Below, in pieces: positions 9,741 through 20,099 of a stretch of 64,000 nt of DNA; the first letter of the stretch is position 1, and the number at the start of each line of letters is the position of its first letter. A model generated the notes under the pieces. That model worked only from the letters and a program-made list of their open reading frames with translations, was not told where the DNA came from and did not search any database. Source of the DNA: a virus (lineage: Duplodnaviria > Caudoviricetes); IMG/VR virus record IMGVR_UViG_3300024272_002379; one strand, 5' to 3'. Both the position numbers and the translations under genes were made by a program.

Positions 9741-10534
9741 AGGTGTGCTTGTAACCTTGATAGGTACTAAACTGAACTACGTTCAGTTTAGCAGATATTT
9801 TCTTAAAAGTCAAGAGGTAACTCAAATAAAATCAGAGCGTTATCTGCTGTGTAAAGATAGCGGTTTAACGGAGCCACAAGACTATATTCCGTGGCACACG
9901 GACATTTATACGGGGATTTTGATATATCAACCCCTAATTTGTCTGTCCGTGGCGAACAATCTTAGGATTAGTAGCCCTCACAATGGAGCAAATTCTTGCG
10001 TAATAAGGCCCTTCGGGATTGAGTTGGCGTTACAAAGTCCGTAGAGATGAGATGATAATAGAATATTATACAGTCTCTCGACGAGGGTAGCTGGTCATCT
10101 TATTCTATTTTTGAGTATTTTATAACAAAATGTAACATAGTACTACTCATCGTAGTGTTACATTCTATATGAGGAGATATTCTCTTATATAGGTTATATT
10201 CCCCTCTTGACTCTATATACATGTATCTTATTACCTCTATTATATGGCTATGGTATGCTATGTTATTTATTATATACTATAGCCATTTTATATATTCATT
10301 TATCTAAGGTTTTCTTATATTCATATCTTATCTTTATGCCATATATTCTTTTATGGTTCTTAGAGATTTTATTCTATATTATTTAGGTTTTTAAGTTAAA
10401 TTATCTCTCCCTTCGGACTTAAATAATATACATGGTTTATTTCAAATATGTCGGAGGGTTTGAGGAATTTCTTTTAATTAGTATGGATTATCACCATATC
10501 TAACAGGCTATCGCCTGGTTTAAAGATTGGAGGA

Positions 10535-10873
10535 ATGTATATTATGGATGAAAGATTTGTTGCTATTATTGTATCTGCTATTATCGCTATTATATTTGCT
10601 TTAATATATCAGAGTATTGAAGATGCTTTCTTTACTGTGAAATATGATGAAGAAAATGATGAGGATGATACAGTAGAATACGAATTCATTGATGAAGACC
10701 TTTATCCTGGTTGTTTTGTTTATGACACTATTACAGGAGAAATCGTACAATACACTGGTGTTCATCTGGGTGAAGACAATAATAATTACGCTACCTGTGT
10801 ATCTATGAAAGATAATACAGTTCGCTATTATTATTGTTTATTTGAAACTATATTACATGTAAGACAGAAGTGA
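10535..10873 (+). CDS. hypothetical membrane-anchored protein
   Basis: N-terminal TM helix; GGAGG SD. Confidence 0.7.
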   Translation: MYIMDERFVAIIVSAIIAIIFALIYQSIEDAFFTVKYDEENDEDDTVEYEFIDEDLYPGCFVYDTITGEIVQYTGVHLGEDNNNYATCVSMKDNTVRYYYCLFETILHVRQK

Positions 10874-10915
10874 TGAGCTGTCTTTAAAGAAAAAACGAAA
10901 GGTTGGTATACTATT

Positions 10916-13900
10916 ATGACAAACATTAATTTTGAAGATTTAAAGGTAACTGAATTGAAAGAGCTTTGCAGAAAGGCTAACATTAAAGGCTATTCTCGTA
11001 TGAAGAAAGCTGAACTCGTTGATGCTCTCAATAATAATAAAGAGGCTAAGAAAGTTATTCTTAATGAGGCTAAGACATTTGCTAAAAATGAATTAGGACG
11101 TGACTTTGGTAAAGCTGTATCTTTCTGGAAACAGTTACGTAGCATTAAATTCATGACTGCTAACGACTATACTGAAATGGTTGATAACTGGAAAATCCTT
11201 ATCAGTTTATTCCATATCGCTGAAGTTGACGGTACTCAGAATCGTGCTTTAACCGACTCTCTTATGGGTACTGCTGAATCTCTTCGTGATATCTTCTGTC
11301 CTGGAACTGATATCAGTGGTTATTCTGATGACGAACTTAAAGAGTTTATCGAATCATCAATCGAAGAGTTTTCATTATCTGTATTCTCTAAACGCTTAAA
11401 GAAAGAGAATACTGAAATCATTAAAATGAGCATGGACCATATTTCATTTAATGACCAGGGATTGGCATACTTTGACTCTACTAAAGCATCTAAATTCACT
11501 GGCAAAGAGGTTAGAGCTCATAAAACTGATATGCGTATCGTGGAATCATCTGAAGACGGTATCTCTCGTATGCTTATGAGCAGAGGATTATCATCTATCA
11601 CTGTATTTATGGGTAAAACTGCTCAGAAAGAAGAAGAGATGAAACTCATTAATGACTGTAAGAGAAACATCTTCAAAAATGGTTTTGTTGACATCTCTAC
11701 TGGCAAGCATTATATGTTCGCATTCCAGAATCCATCATCATGTCGTAAATCTAACTTCATGTTTGTTGAGGCAAACGACTGGAATGAAGTAGTTTCATTA
11801 TGGCTTGAGATTACTGGTCTTAAGACATGGGAAGAATTCCAGCGTGCATTCTTTGATGATGAGGGTAAAGTAGTTATGGCTAAGTTATTGGCTAGAATTT
11901 CTACTAGAGGTTCTAACTCATTTAACTTATCAAAGATTAGTCCTGTGTGGGCTGATAAGATTGCGAAATCTAATATCAGATATTGTAAAGACCCATCATG
12001 GACAATTAAGAGACCTTTCAAAACAATGAAAGGACCTGGTTGTATGGAAATGCAGGAAGACGTTGAACGTACAGTTACTCCTGGTGACGGTCAGATGATT
12101 GGCTCATTTGAATTCCATGCTCTTATGGCAGTTGCTTTAAGAGTTATCTCAGAGAATGAATACAATGAGTTCTCTATGTTATGGGAGAAAGCCAATAAGG
12201 ACGTTAAGAATGTAAAAGAGGGTTCTCGTCTTTACAAACTTATTAAGAAAATCCCAGGTGTATTCCAGCTTCGTCATGGTGAAAAGAAAGGTATCTGTGT
12301 AAGATACAATATTGAGGCTATTGATGAACTTAAGGATGTAAATGCTATCGTACCAGACAGTGTTCGTAAGTTCGTAGCTGGTGAATGGGATGAGTTCCCA
12401 TTGGAAATTTGTAATTATATCAAGAAGAAAGACCAGTGGGTAGCTTTAAATCCACAGTTCATTCAGGCTCTTGAATATGAAAATCCAAATGCTTTATTAC
12501 CTATTGTTAAGTTCTGGTTTGATTACATGAAAGACTCTCTCAGCGATATTGCTAAAGCTCAGCAGTTCCATGGTATTATTAAGAACTCTGATGATGAGGA
12601 GAATAAAACAATTGCTGGTAATCTTGTTACAGCTATGCGTACTTCATCTGATTTAATTGATGATGCACAGATTTGTAACTGGAGAAAAGACCAGTATCGT
12701 AAATTCATTTCTGATATGAAAATCGGTAGAATATTAGTTCCTGGTCAGTATACTTATATGGTATGTGACCCAGCATTCATTATCAATCAGGTATTTGGTC
12801 TCGATTTACCTCATCTTGCAGAGGGTGAATATTACCACAATGGTAAAGAATGTGAATGTGGATTATTCAGAAGTCCATTAATTCATCCAAGTGAGGCTCA
12901 GAGAGTTAAGTTATCTAACAATGAGGCTTATTGGTACATGCAGGATGTAATCGTCTTTAATGGTAAAGACGGTGCATGGGATAGAATGTCTGGGGCAGAT
13001 TTTGATGGAGATACCTGTGCTGTTATCACAAACGACACTGATTTTGGTAAGATTGTTGTTGACGGTATCAGACAATTATCATTTGATATCTGGGAAGAGG
13101 CACAGAAAGCTGTAAAGAAACCATTTAATATGGATAACTTTATTGAACATCTTGTAACTTCTGCTAAAGTTGATAGAACTGGTGTTATTACCAATTATGC
13201 TTCTAAAGCATTGGATATTAGTAATCATTTAAAGAGTGCTGTATACTTTGCTAAGTTATTAGGCTGTGAGAATATCACATTAATTCACCCACAGGCATTT
13301 GGTGAAAAGCTCGGTAGTGATTTCCAGCCTAAGACTGGTATTATTGATGGTGTGAAGACATTCATGCTCAAAGGATTTGTTGAGGCTAAATATAATTCAC
13401 AGACAAGACGTGTTGAATTTGCAGACACTGGTTTTGTTGGTACATTTGATTTCGATAAAATCCTTGAAATTGCAGATAATTATCTTAACCTTGTAGAGAT
13501 TTTAAGAATCTTACAGGGTAGAGAGATTGATGGTGCTAAGACTGGTGTATATGCAGAGGGTGTATCTGGTAATGACTTCATTGATGCTGTTAAGATTAAA
13601 TTCACTCCTCATGAAATGATTGTACGTCAGGAAACATTGGATAGAGAAGTTGCTTTATCTTCTAAATGTAATGAGTATTGGTCATTATCTCCTCTTGCAC
13701 GTATTCATGATTATGTAGTAATGCATGAAAATGAGATTATGGACTATTTAACAAATGGTTCTAATAAAATCTTCTTACTTCAGTCATTACTTACAGATGA
13801 GGAAGCTAATGCAATGAATACACCATATTTAATGCAGGATGGTAGTTATAAAACTCTTATTGACATTATGGCTATTCGTAAGAAAGCATATAACTCTAAG

Positions 13901-14650
13901 ATTTATGACACTATGAAGAATCTTACAGGTGATGATGCTTCTAATACTTTGAAAGAAATCAAAGATGTTGAGGTTGATGACTTGAATGAATTAGCTACAG
14001 CATTAAATATCAGCACCGAAATCGTAGCTGTTGCAGGCTATATTGCAACATACACTAAAGACAGTAAGCAGGGCGAGGGCTTGACATATGCATGGTTATT
14101 ATTCGATGAATTATTATCAGTATTTAGCCGTGGCAACAAGAAATTTGAGCTTTTCAGATTACCTTCTTCTGTTGAGAATGCTTATATTGAAAATAAGGTT
14201 CTCTATGTCAATGGGAACAAATACATCAACATTAATGCAAATGATTGCAATAACGTTGTAATTCAGGTAATTAATGGTAGACCTTACGGTTTAATCCACA
14301 AGCTTGTGGATAAAGTAGCATCTCCTAGAAAGAGCAACGTTACTTATGGTAGTGCAGTATATACTATTGGTACTTTAGGATTTAAATATCACATTGTAAG
14401 TGAGAATCCTAAAGATGAGTGGAAGAAACTTGTCAAAGAAAATGGTTATGTATTCGACATTACTATGGATGCTACAAATCGTGCAGTTATCAGCATTAAT
14501 GGCAAATCTATTTCTGCTCTTATGAGTGTTGGTGCAAGCTTTGACTTAATGAATAAGAAAGTTAAACTTGTAAATGATATGCAGAATCCTATTAAGGAAA
14601 CAAATGCATCTATTACAAATCTTGCTGTTATTATCATTGGCGAGGCTTAA
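10916..14650 (+). CDS. single-chain two-barrel DNA-dependent RNA polymerase (YonO-like, eukaryotic RdRP-related) with N-terminal Rho-N/HeH domain
   Basis: Catalytic SGADFDGD; RdRP-family motifs DGQMIG, FQLRHGEKKG, RSPLIHP; N-terminal LKVTELKELCRKANIKGYSRMKKAELVDAL. Confidence 0.85.
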   Translation: MTNINFEDLKVTELKELCRKANIKGYSRMKKAELVDALNNNKEAKKVILNEAKTFAKNELGRDFGKAVSFWKQLRSIKFMTANDYTEMVDNWKILISLFHIAEVDGTQNRALTDSLMGTAESLRDIFCPGTDISGYSDDELKEFIESSIEEFSLSVFSKRLKKENTEIIKMSMDHISFNDQGLAYFDSTKASKFTGKEVRAHKTDMRIVESSEDGISRMLMSRGLSSITVFMGKTAQKEEEMKLINDCKRNIFKNGFVDISTGKHYMFAFQNPSSCRKSNFMFVEANDWNEVVSLWLEITGLKTWEEFQRAFFDDEGKVVMAKLLARISTRGSNSFNLSKISPVWADKIAKSNIRYCKDPSWTIKRPFKTMKGPGCMEMQEDVERTVTPGDGQMIGSFEFHALMAVALRVISENEYNEFSMLWEKANKDVKNVKEGSRLYKLIKKIPGVFQLRHGEKKGICVRYNIEAIDELKDVNAIVPDSVRKFVAGEWDEFPLEICNYIKKKDQWVALNPQFIQALEYENPNALLPIVKFWFDYMKDSLSDIAKAQQFHGIIKNSDDEENKTIAGNLVTAMRTSSDLIDDAQICNWRKDQYRKFISDMKIGRILVPGQYTYMVCDPAFIINQVFGLDLPHLAEGEYYHNGKECECGLFRSPLIHPSEAQRVKLSNNEAYWYMQDVIVFNGKDGAWDRMSGADFDGDTCAVITNDTDFGKIVVDGIRQLSFDIWEEAQKAVKKPFNMDNFIEHLVTSAKVDRTGVITNYASKALDISNHLKSAVYFAKLLGCENITLIHPQAFGEKLGSDFQPKTGIIDGVKTFMLKGFVEAKYNSQTRRVEFADTGFVGTFDFDKILEIADNYLNLVEILRILQGREIDGAKTGVYAEGVSGNDFIDAVKIKFTPHEMIVRQETLDREVALSSKCNEYWSLSPLARIHDYVVMHENEIMDYLTNGSNKIFLLQSLLTDEEANAMNTPYLMQDGSYKTLIDIMAIRKKAYNSKIYDTMKNLTGDDASNTLKEIKDVEVDDLNELATALNISTEIVAVAGYIATYTKDSKQGEGLTYAWLLFDELLSVFSRGNKKFELFRLPSSVENAYIENKVLYVNGNKYININANDCNNVVIQVINGRPYGLIHKLVDKVASPRKSNVTYGSAVYTIGTLGFKYHIVSENPKDEWKKLVKENGYVFDITMDATNRAVISINGKSISALMSVGASFDLMNKKVKLVNDMQNPIKETNASITNLAVIIIGEA

Positions 14651-14724
14651 TAATAATTATACTCCCTGTACTGCTAACGCAGTATGGGGAGTATTTGATT
14701 TTATGAAAGGAATGGTAAATAATT

Positions 14725-14988
14725 ATGAGAAGAAGAGTTGAAAATGACAAAATGGCATGTGGAAGAATGAAAGAAGATTACTTTAAGAGTTGCAGAAATC
14801 CAGATTACACATGGAAAAGTAATCGTCTTGTATTTACTGGAATTAAGTTTTTCTGGCACAGAAACAAACCAGTAATACACATTCATTATGAAATTGTATG
14901 TAGAAAATGTGGTCACACAAGACAGTCAGGTAATTGCTTTGGATTGCCAGTCATTAAAGAATTAATCACAGGTAAAATATGTTTTTAA
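14725..14988 (+). CDS. hypothetical Cys-containing protein
   Basis: ORF with CRKCGH; AAGGA SD. Confidence 0.6.
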   Translation: MRRRVENDKMACGRMKEDYFKSCRNPDYTWKSNRLVFTGIKFFWHRNKPVIHIHYEIVCRKCGHTRQSGNCFGLPVIKELITGKICF

Positions 14989-15000
14989 GGAGATGATTAT

Positions 15001-15813
15001 ATGATTACATTAGGCTCTTTTAAAGATATTTCAGATGAATATGATGAGGTATGGCTTATTGTACGTTCATTACAAAATACTCCATATGTTCCAAATACAA
15101 GTGTTTATCACGTTCCAGCATTAAGTCCATCGCCAGAATTGTTTCAAGATTATCTGGCATGGAGAGATGCTGGTATGTGGAATAAAGATATGTTTGAGAA
15201 ACGATATAAGCCACGTTTCTTAGAAGAAATGAAAAATATGATAGCTAAATGTGCATTAAACACACTGAAAAAACGCAGTAAGGATAAGCATATTCTACTT
15301 GCTTGTTATTGTAGAGATGAGGAAATGTGTCATAGAAGTCTTGTTTACCAATTGGTACAAGAAATGCAAGAAACATTTTATTTATTAATAGCAGGTTCTC
15401 GTGAATATGTTAATTATAATGAAATGTGTAAGGTTACTGATTTCTTGCTAAAGAATCAGGTTGCACAGAACAAACGCATTGTGATTGTATCTGGAGGTGC
15501 AAGAGGTGCTGATGCAATGGCAGAAAGATATGCAAAAGAAAGAGGATACCATTGTGAAGTATTTCCTGCTAAATGGTATAAAGATGACGGTAGCTATGAT
15601 AAAAGTGCTGGCTATCGCCGTAATGAAGATATGCATTTATTCTTAGCTGGCCCTTCGGACAAGGAAAGAGGTTGTGTCTGTTTCTGGGATATGACTTCAA
15701 AAGGAACTAAACATAATTTTAGTCTTTCTGTTAAATACGGTAATCCATTAAGAGTTTACGACGTTATTAATCACAGGTTCTTGTCAGAGGAAGAGGTAAA
15801 GCAGTACTCCTAG
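15001..15813 (+). CDS. DUF488-like domain fused to YspA/SLOG (DUF2493-like) domain
   Basis: LSPSPEL...LACYC..E..CHR; then IAGSR...IVSGGARGAD...AGYRRN...FWDMTSKGT. Confidence 0.75.
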   Translation: MITLGSFKDISDEYDEVWLIVRSLQNTPYVPNTSVYHVPALSPSPELFQDYLAWRDAGMWNKDMFEKRYKPRFLEEMKNMIAKCALNTLKKRSKDKHILLACYCRDEEMCHRSLVYQLVQEMQETFYLLIAGSREYVNYNEMCKVTDFLLKNQVAQNKRIVIVSGGARGADAMAERYAKERGYHCEVFPAKWYKDDGSYDKSAGYRRNEDMHLFLAGPSDKERGCVCFWDMTSKGTKHNFSLSVKYGNPLRVYDVINHRFLSEEEVKQYS

Positions 15814-15829
15814 CGGAGTACAATTGGAA

Positions 15830-15875
15830 TAAAAACCACCATCCTTTCTTTTACTACAGGGACTCATCATCCCTT
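15830..15875 (+). ncRNA. putative anti-SD antisense sRNA (copy 1)
   Basis: ACCATCCTTTCTT plus GGGACTCATCATCCC hairpin, complementary to the 8025/9312/10916 leaders; motif repeated at 22829-22888. Confidence 0.5.
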
Positions 15876-15877
15876 AC

Positions 15878-15910
15878 GGGCTGAGCTAATGCTCAGCCCT
15901 CTATTTTTTT
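15878..15910 (+). terminator. intrinsic terminator
   Basis: GGGCTGAGC/GCTCAGCCC hairpin plus T-tract. Confidence 0.7.
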
Positions 15911-15956
15911 AATCAGATTTAATTCGACGTGGCTTTTATACCAGATTGGAGGTTTT

Positions 15957-16223
15957 ATGGAGTACAATAACAGAACTCAATATTATAAAGGAGTTCCTAT
16001 TAAATTAATTATATATACTGAAAAGCATTTTGCACGTTTAAAAGCTAAACGCTTTATATTAGGAGACCCAAAAGCTCATCAAAATATTTGGATACCTAAT
16101 CAATACTTAGAACCTAATGGTTCATTAAAACCTGGTGTCGATATAGATTTCATTTTTAAAAAAGCATATCAGCAAAAGAAATTCTATTACGCACGTATCA
16201 ATATTAATCCAATGTTATGGTAG
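15957..16223 (+). CDS. hypothetical protein
   Basis: GGAGG SD. Confidence 0.7.
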   Translation: MEYNNRTQYYKGVPIKLIIYTEKHFARLKAKRFILGDPKAHQNIWIPNQYLEPNGSLKPGVDIDFIFKKAYQQKKFYYARININPMLW

Positions 16224-16231
16224 GAGGAATC

Positions 16232-16384
16232 ATGAAAAAGTATAGAATAAAATACAAAGAATACATATCAAAAGAAATTCACTATGCAGAAATTATTGCA
16301 GAATGTAGTCAAGATGCAGTTGATATTTTCTTTGATAATTATAGTGGAATGTTTTTAGACATAGAATTTGTAGACTACGTATAG
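16232..16384 (+). CDS. small hypothetical protein (50 aa)
   Basis: AGGAGG SD; MKKYRIKYKE... Confidence 0.6.
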   Translation: MKKYRIKYKEYISKEIHYAEIIAECSQDAVDIFFDNYSGMFLDIEFVDYV

Positions 16385-16396
16385 GAGGTATATATA

Positions 16397-16561
16397 ATGA
16401 GTCCAAAAGTAAGAATTAGACCATTTGCAAATATAAATTTATGTAGCAAATGCGGTTGTCCAGTACCACGATTAGGCGTATCTTTACGTACAGATTTTGG
16501 TAGTGTTGCTACTAAGACACCATTTATTTGTCCTAAATGCAAAAAGAAAAAGAAGAGGTGA
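16397..16561 (+). CDS. small zinc-finger protein (54 aa)
   Basis: AGGAGG SD; CSKC...CPKC. Confidence 0.6.
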   Translation: MSPKVRIRPFANINLCSKCGCPVPRLGVSLRTDFGSVATKTPFICPKCKKKKKR

Positions 16562-16565
16562 TATT

Positions 16566-16907
16566 ATGTTAGATAAAGACAAAGTTATAGAAAAAATGTC
16601 AGAATGTGATTTCACAGTTGCATCTTATAGCATGGGACCTAACGATACCATTAAAGCAATTCATTTTCAATCAGAACCATTTATCAGAAGAGGAAAGGTT
16701 CTTATTCCTTCTTTTGGTTGCAATATCTATCTTGAAGAAGATGAATTTGAATTTAAATATATTGTACCTGGTTCCATAAACATATTATGTACTCCTAAAT
16801 GTAGTTCATTCGAAAGTATGAATGGAGACCATTTTAAAAGAATATACGTAAAGTTTGAAGACCAAGTACGAATACTTTATAGAGCTTTTGGAGGAGATTA
16901 TGCTTGA
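16566..16907 (+). CDS. hypothetical protein
   Basis: Start refined to ATG 16566 behind GAGGTG. Confidence 0.7.
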   Translation: MLDKDKVIEKMSECDFTVASYSMGPNDTIKAIHFQSEPFIRRGKVLIPSFGCNIYLEEDEFEFKYIVPGSINILCTPKCSSFESMNGDHFKRIYVKFEDQVRILYRAFGGDYA

Positions 16908-17379
16908 ATTAAGAGGTAATTATGACATATTTGATTTGCCACAGAACGGCGAGGCTATGTGTGTTACCACTAATGGCATTGTTAAAGCAGACGGTCATGC
17001 CGTTATGGGTGCAGGAATTGCTAAGCAAGCAAATGAAAAGTTTAACATATCAGCACGATTAGGTCAGTATCTTACACAGTACGGCAATCGTGCTTTTAAT
17101 ATGGGTAAATTTTCAAATGGTTCCAGGTGTTTTACTGTTTTTACATTGCCTACAAAACATGATTGGAAACAAGATAGTGATATTACTCTTATCTGTAAAT
17201 CATGCGAACAACTTGTGGAAATGTGTGATAAGTTTGGCATTACCAAATGTTATCTTACGCCACCAGGTTGTGCAAATGGTCATCTTAATTATGAACGACT
17301 TGTCAAACCATGGATATCCATGATACTTGATGACAGATTTATAGTAGTTGATAATCGCACTAGCTTTAAAATATGTTAG
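16900..17379 (+). CDS. macrodomain (ADP-ribose binding/hydrolase) protein
   Basis: TTNGIV..DGHAVMGAGIAKQ...PTKHDW...PPGCANG motifs. Confidence 0.75.
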   Translation: MLELRGNYDIFDLPQNGEAMCVTTNGIVKADGHAVMGAGIAKQANEKFNISARLGQYLTQYGNRAFNMGKFSNGSRCFTVFTLPTKHDWKQDSDITLICKSCEQLVEMCDKFGITKCYLTPPGCANGHLNYERLVKPWISMILDDRFIVVDNRTSFKIC

Positions 17380-17448
17380 CAATGCCCCTATCGGGGCATT
17401 TGCGAAATAAACATAATATTTTACACAAACAATGAGGGAGGTATAATA

Positions 17449-17607
17449 ATGGCTCATCCAAACATCGCTGTTGCCATGGTTGTGGAATACATAGTCACAA
17501 GTGGTTTGTACAGCTTCAAATCATTAGCTGAAGAGACTCAGCAGAAACTTATAGGTGCATATGGAGCAGATTTTGAAAAAGAAGTTAATGCACAATTAGC
17601 ACTGTAA
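17449..17607 (+). CDS. small hypothetical protein (52 aa)
   Basis: GGGAGG SD; MAHPNIAVAM... Confidence 0.6.
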   Translation: MAHPNIAVAMVVEYIVTSGLYSFKSLAEETQQKLIGAYGADFEKEVNAQLAL

Positions 17608-17621
17608 AACCCAGAGGAGGT

Positions 17622-18101
17622 ATGAATATGTCATTTGGTGTTATACCAGAAGTAATTGACTGTCCTCAATGCAGATTTCCAGCTCACAAAGACGATTATC
17701 ATGTCGTTGGTGAAGAAAGAGTAGTCTGTAACTGGTGTGGGTACACCCATACGAAAAGTGCAAGCGGAACAGAATCAAGTAGAGGATATGGAAGTATTCA
17801 TTACACTCCTAAAAACGAATCTACAAATGGTTCCAATCAAACGGAGAATATTGTCCGTCTTAAAAATCCGTTGGACTTAGTAGGTAGACATAAAACCATT
17901 ATGGAAATAGAAAAAGACTTTGATATTAACAATTCTTCATTCTATGTATGGAATGAAGAAACGCAAAGTCTTGAATGTCTAATCGGAAAGTTACCCAGAA
18001 CCATAGACGAGGAATACGAGGAACGCAAGCAAGAAATTCAATATGAAATTGAAATGCGTTACACTCAAGGAATAAACTTATCAGACTGTAAAGATTTTTA
18101 A
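17622..18101 (+). CDS. zinc-ribbon hypothetical protein
   Basis: CPQC...CNWCG. Confidence 0.75.
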   Translation: MNMSFGVIPEVIDCPQCRFPAHKDDYHVVGEERVVCNWCGYTHTKSASGTESSRGYGSIHYTPKNESTNGSNQTENIVRLKNPLDLVGRHKTIMEIEKDFDINNSSFYVWNEETQSLECLIGKLPRTIDEEYEERKQEIQYEIEMRYTQGINLSDCKDF

Positions 18102-18170
18102 ATCACTTATCGTGACTATGTAACAGGTCTACCGACCTAATTAAAATTCTTTACTATCAAGGAGGTTAAC

Positions 18171-18623
18171 ATGGAGAATGTAAAAGTATTAAACGTACAG
18201 GTTGAGCCTGCTAACGCAAGTACAGAAGATTTGCGTAAAACAGTTGAGGCTACAGCCCAAGCAGTAAAGGAAAGTCTTGATAGCTTTTCAGATGAAGTTC
18301 CAACAGAATCAGAAGAGACTAAAGCAAGAAATTTCCTAAATATGTTCACTGATTATATCAAAGGAGAATCATTCAAGAAAGATATCAATGATACAGCAAA
18401 GAAATATGGTGTTCCACCTAAAAAGCTTGCTGAAAATTTCTTTGAGAAAGCATTAGGCACAGTTGGTGACGTATTAGGTATCGCAATCGGAACTGTTGGT
18501 AACGCAGGTCATACACTTATTGATATTCTTGCAACCATTGCTCATGGTGCTGTTAATGTAATTATTAGTGTAGCTAACGCATTAGCAAGACTTGTTACTT
18601 TCAACAAAACATGTATTGCTTAA
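18171..18623 (+). CDS. hypothetical protein
   Basis: AAGGAGG SD. Confidence 0.8.
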   Translation: MENVKVLNVQVEPANASTEDLRKTVEATAQAVKESLDSFSDEVPTESEETKARNFLNMFTDYIKGESFKKDINDTAKKYGVPPKKLAENFFEKALGTVGDVLGIAIGTVGNAGHTLIDILATIAHGAVNVIISVANALARLVTFNKTCIA

Positions 18624-18770
18624 TAAAGAGGCAAGCCCCTATCGGGGCTTAGATGAATAGCAATATTCAAAACACCGTGCCTATCGGCACGACAATAGAG
18701 TGGTCTAGCCTGTTCCACTTTAATATTACGGGTTTAACTATTAATCGTTTTTCCAAAAGGAGGAAATTTT

Positions 18771-19460
18771 ATGAAGACATCAGTTTTAGACGCAAGAACA
18801 GTAGCTATTGTTAGAGACCTTGAAGTAAAACAGGTACAGGGAGCAAATGGTACATTTGAAAGCAAAAGCATCCTTATGCGTATCGCTGTAGACCGTGACT
18901 ATAAAGTTACACGTACAGAAAACGGTAAAACAATTAGCGAATATCCAACAGATTTCTGGTTAGCAAAAGCTACAGGTAATGTTGCTCAGGCAATTTCTGA
19001 TTATTGCACAGCTAAGAAAGAAGACGGCAAACTTGTTTCTCGTCACTTATTACTTTCTGGTAGCTTTGAAACATATCAGAAGAATCGTAACGTAAAAGAA
19101 ACAGTTCAGGTTAACATCAATGGACAGCTTTACAACATCGCTGTTGATTTACAGGTTCCAGACGTTAATACAATTTTCATGATTGACGAGTTCAAGTTCC
19201 TTGACCGCAATCCAGAAAACGTAGGAACAACAGCAACACCAGTGGCTACAGCTTCTGTTACACCTGTTGCTACCCCAGTAACACCTGTTGCTCAGCCAGC
19301 TATGACAACACCAGTTGCACAGCCAGTAGCAGTAGCACCAGTGGCACAGCCAGTTGCAACAATTCCTGTTGCTCAGCCTGCTGTAGATATGGGAGCAACT
19401 ATGAACCCACCAGTTGTAGATAGTAACTTTACACCTGCTGGACAGACAGCTCCGTTCTAA
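18771..19460 (+). CDS. ssb: single-stranded DNA-binding protein (OB fold) with PVA-repeat linker
   Basis: IAVDRDY...DFWLAKATG..AQAISDY SSB-like pattern; low-complexity linker ending in APF. Confidence 0.65.
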   Translation: MKTSVLDARTVAIVRDLEVKQVQGANGTFESKSILMRIAVDRDYKVTRTENGKTISEYPTDFWLAKATGNVAQAISDYCTAKKEDGKLVSRHLLLSGSFETYQKNRNVKETVQVNINGQLYNIAVDLQVPDVNTIFMIDEFKFLDRNPENVGTTATPVATASVTPVATPVTPVAQPAMTTPVAQPVAVAPVAQPVATIPVAQPAVDMGATMNPPVVDSNFTPAGQTAPF

Positions 19461-19527
19461 GATTTAAGTATCACCCCTCTCCTAGTGAATTGCTAGGAGA
19501 GGGATTTACTTTTTATGTAATATCATG

Positions 19528-19556
19528 TTGCACTTCTTTTTTCCTTAGGATATAAT
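19528..19556 (+). promoter_or_regulatory. sigma-A promoter
   Basis: TTGCAC-17-TATAAT. Confidence 0.6.
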
Positions 19557-19579
19557 AATCACTAGAAAGAGGTGATATT

Positions 19580-20098
19580 ATGAATCCTATTAACATCGAA
19601 GAGGCTCTTGAAAAAGATGAAAACATTCAGGCTGGAATGAACGAGTACAAAGCAATGGAACAAAAAGCAAATAGCGTTGCAGAAGAAATATCTTCTACAC
19701 TAATTGAATCTATTGTTAAAGAAGAGGGAAAATTTAATATCAGTACGGCTATTTTAGCAGTTGCTAAATCCTTATCTCATTTAACTTCTTACATGTATGA
19801 TACTGAAGAAGAATTTTTAATTGACGTTAAGAAAGCAAGAACAGCTACTGTATCTGATATCATACCAGCTTTACTTGACCCACAACCATGTGGAAATTGT
19901 GAAGATTGTAAAAATGGTGACCCATTAGATTGTCAGAATCCAGTTGTTAGAGGTGACTATACAACTAGCAGATTTCTACCAATTCTTTGTAATATGATAA
20001 TTGAGTATGACTTATTCAATAAGATATTACATATGCATACGGTAGGTAAGGAGACAAATCTCGACGAGGCTTCTATAAAAGAAAGTGAGGAAAGCTAA
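19580..20098 (+). CDS. hypothetical protein with Cys cluster
   Basis: CGNCEDC...C. Confidence 0.75.
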   Translation: MNPINIEEALEKDENIQAGMNEYKAMEQKANSVAEEISSTLIESIVKEEGKFNISTAILAVAKSLSHLTSYMYDTEEEFLIDVKKARTATVSDIIPALLDPQPCGNCEDCKNGDPLDCQNPVVRGDYTTSRFLPILCNMIIEYDLFNKILHMHTVGKETNLDEASIKESEES

Positions 20099-20099
20099 A

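Noticed and set aside
9718-10044. 108-aa ORF
   Set aside because: TTG start without SD, atypical composition, lies in a hairpin-rich region
19230-19400. CCAGT/GCACAGCC repeats as a DNA repeat element
   Set aside because: Explained by the PVA/QPVA low-complexity linker of the SSB-like protein
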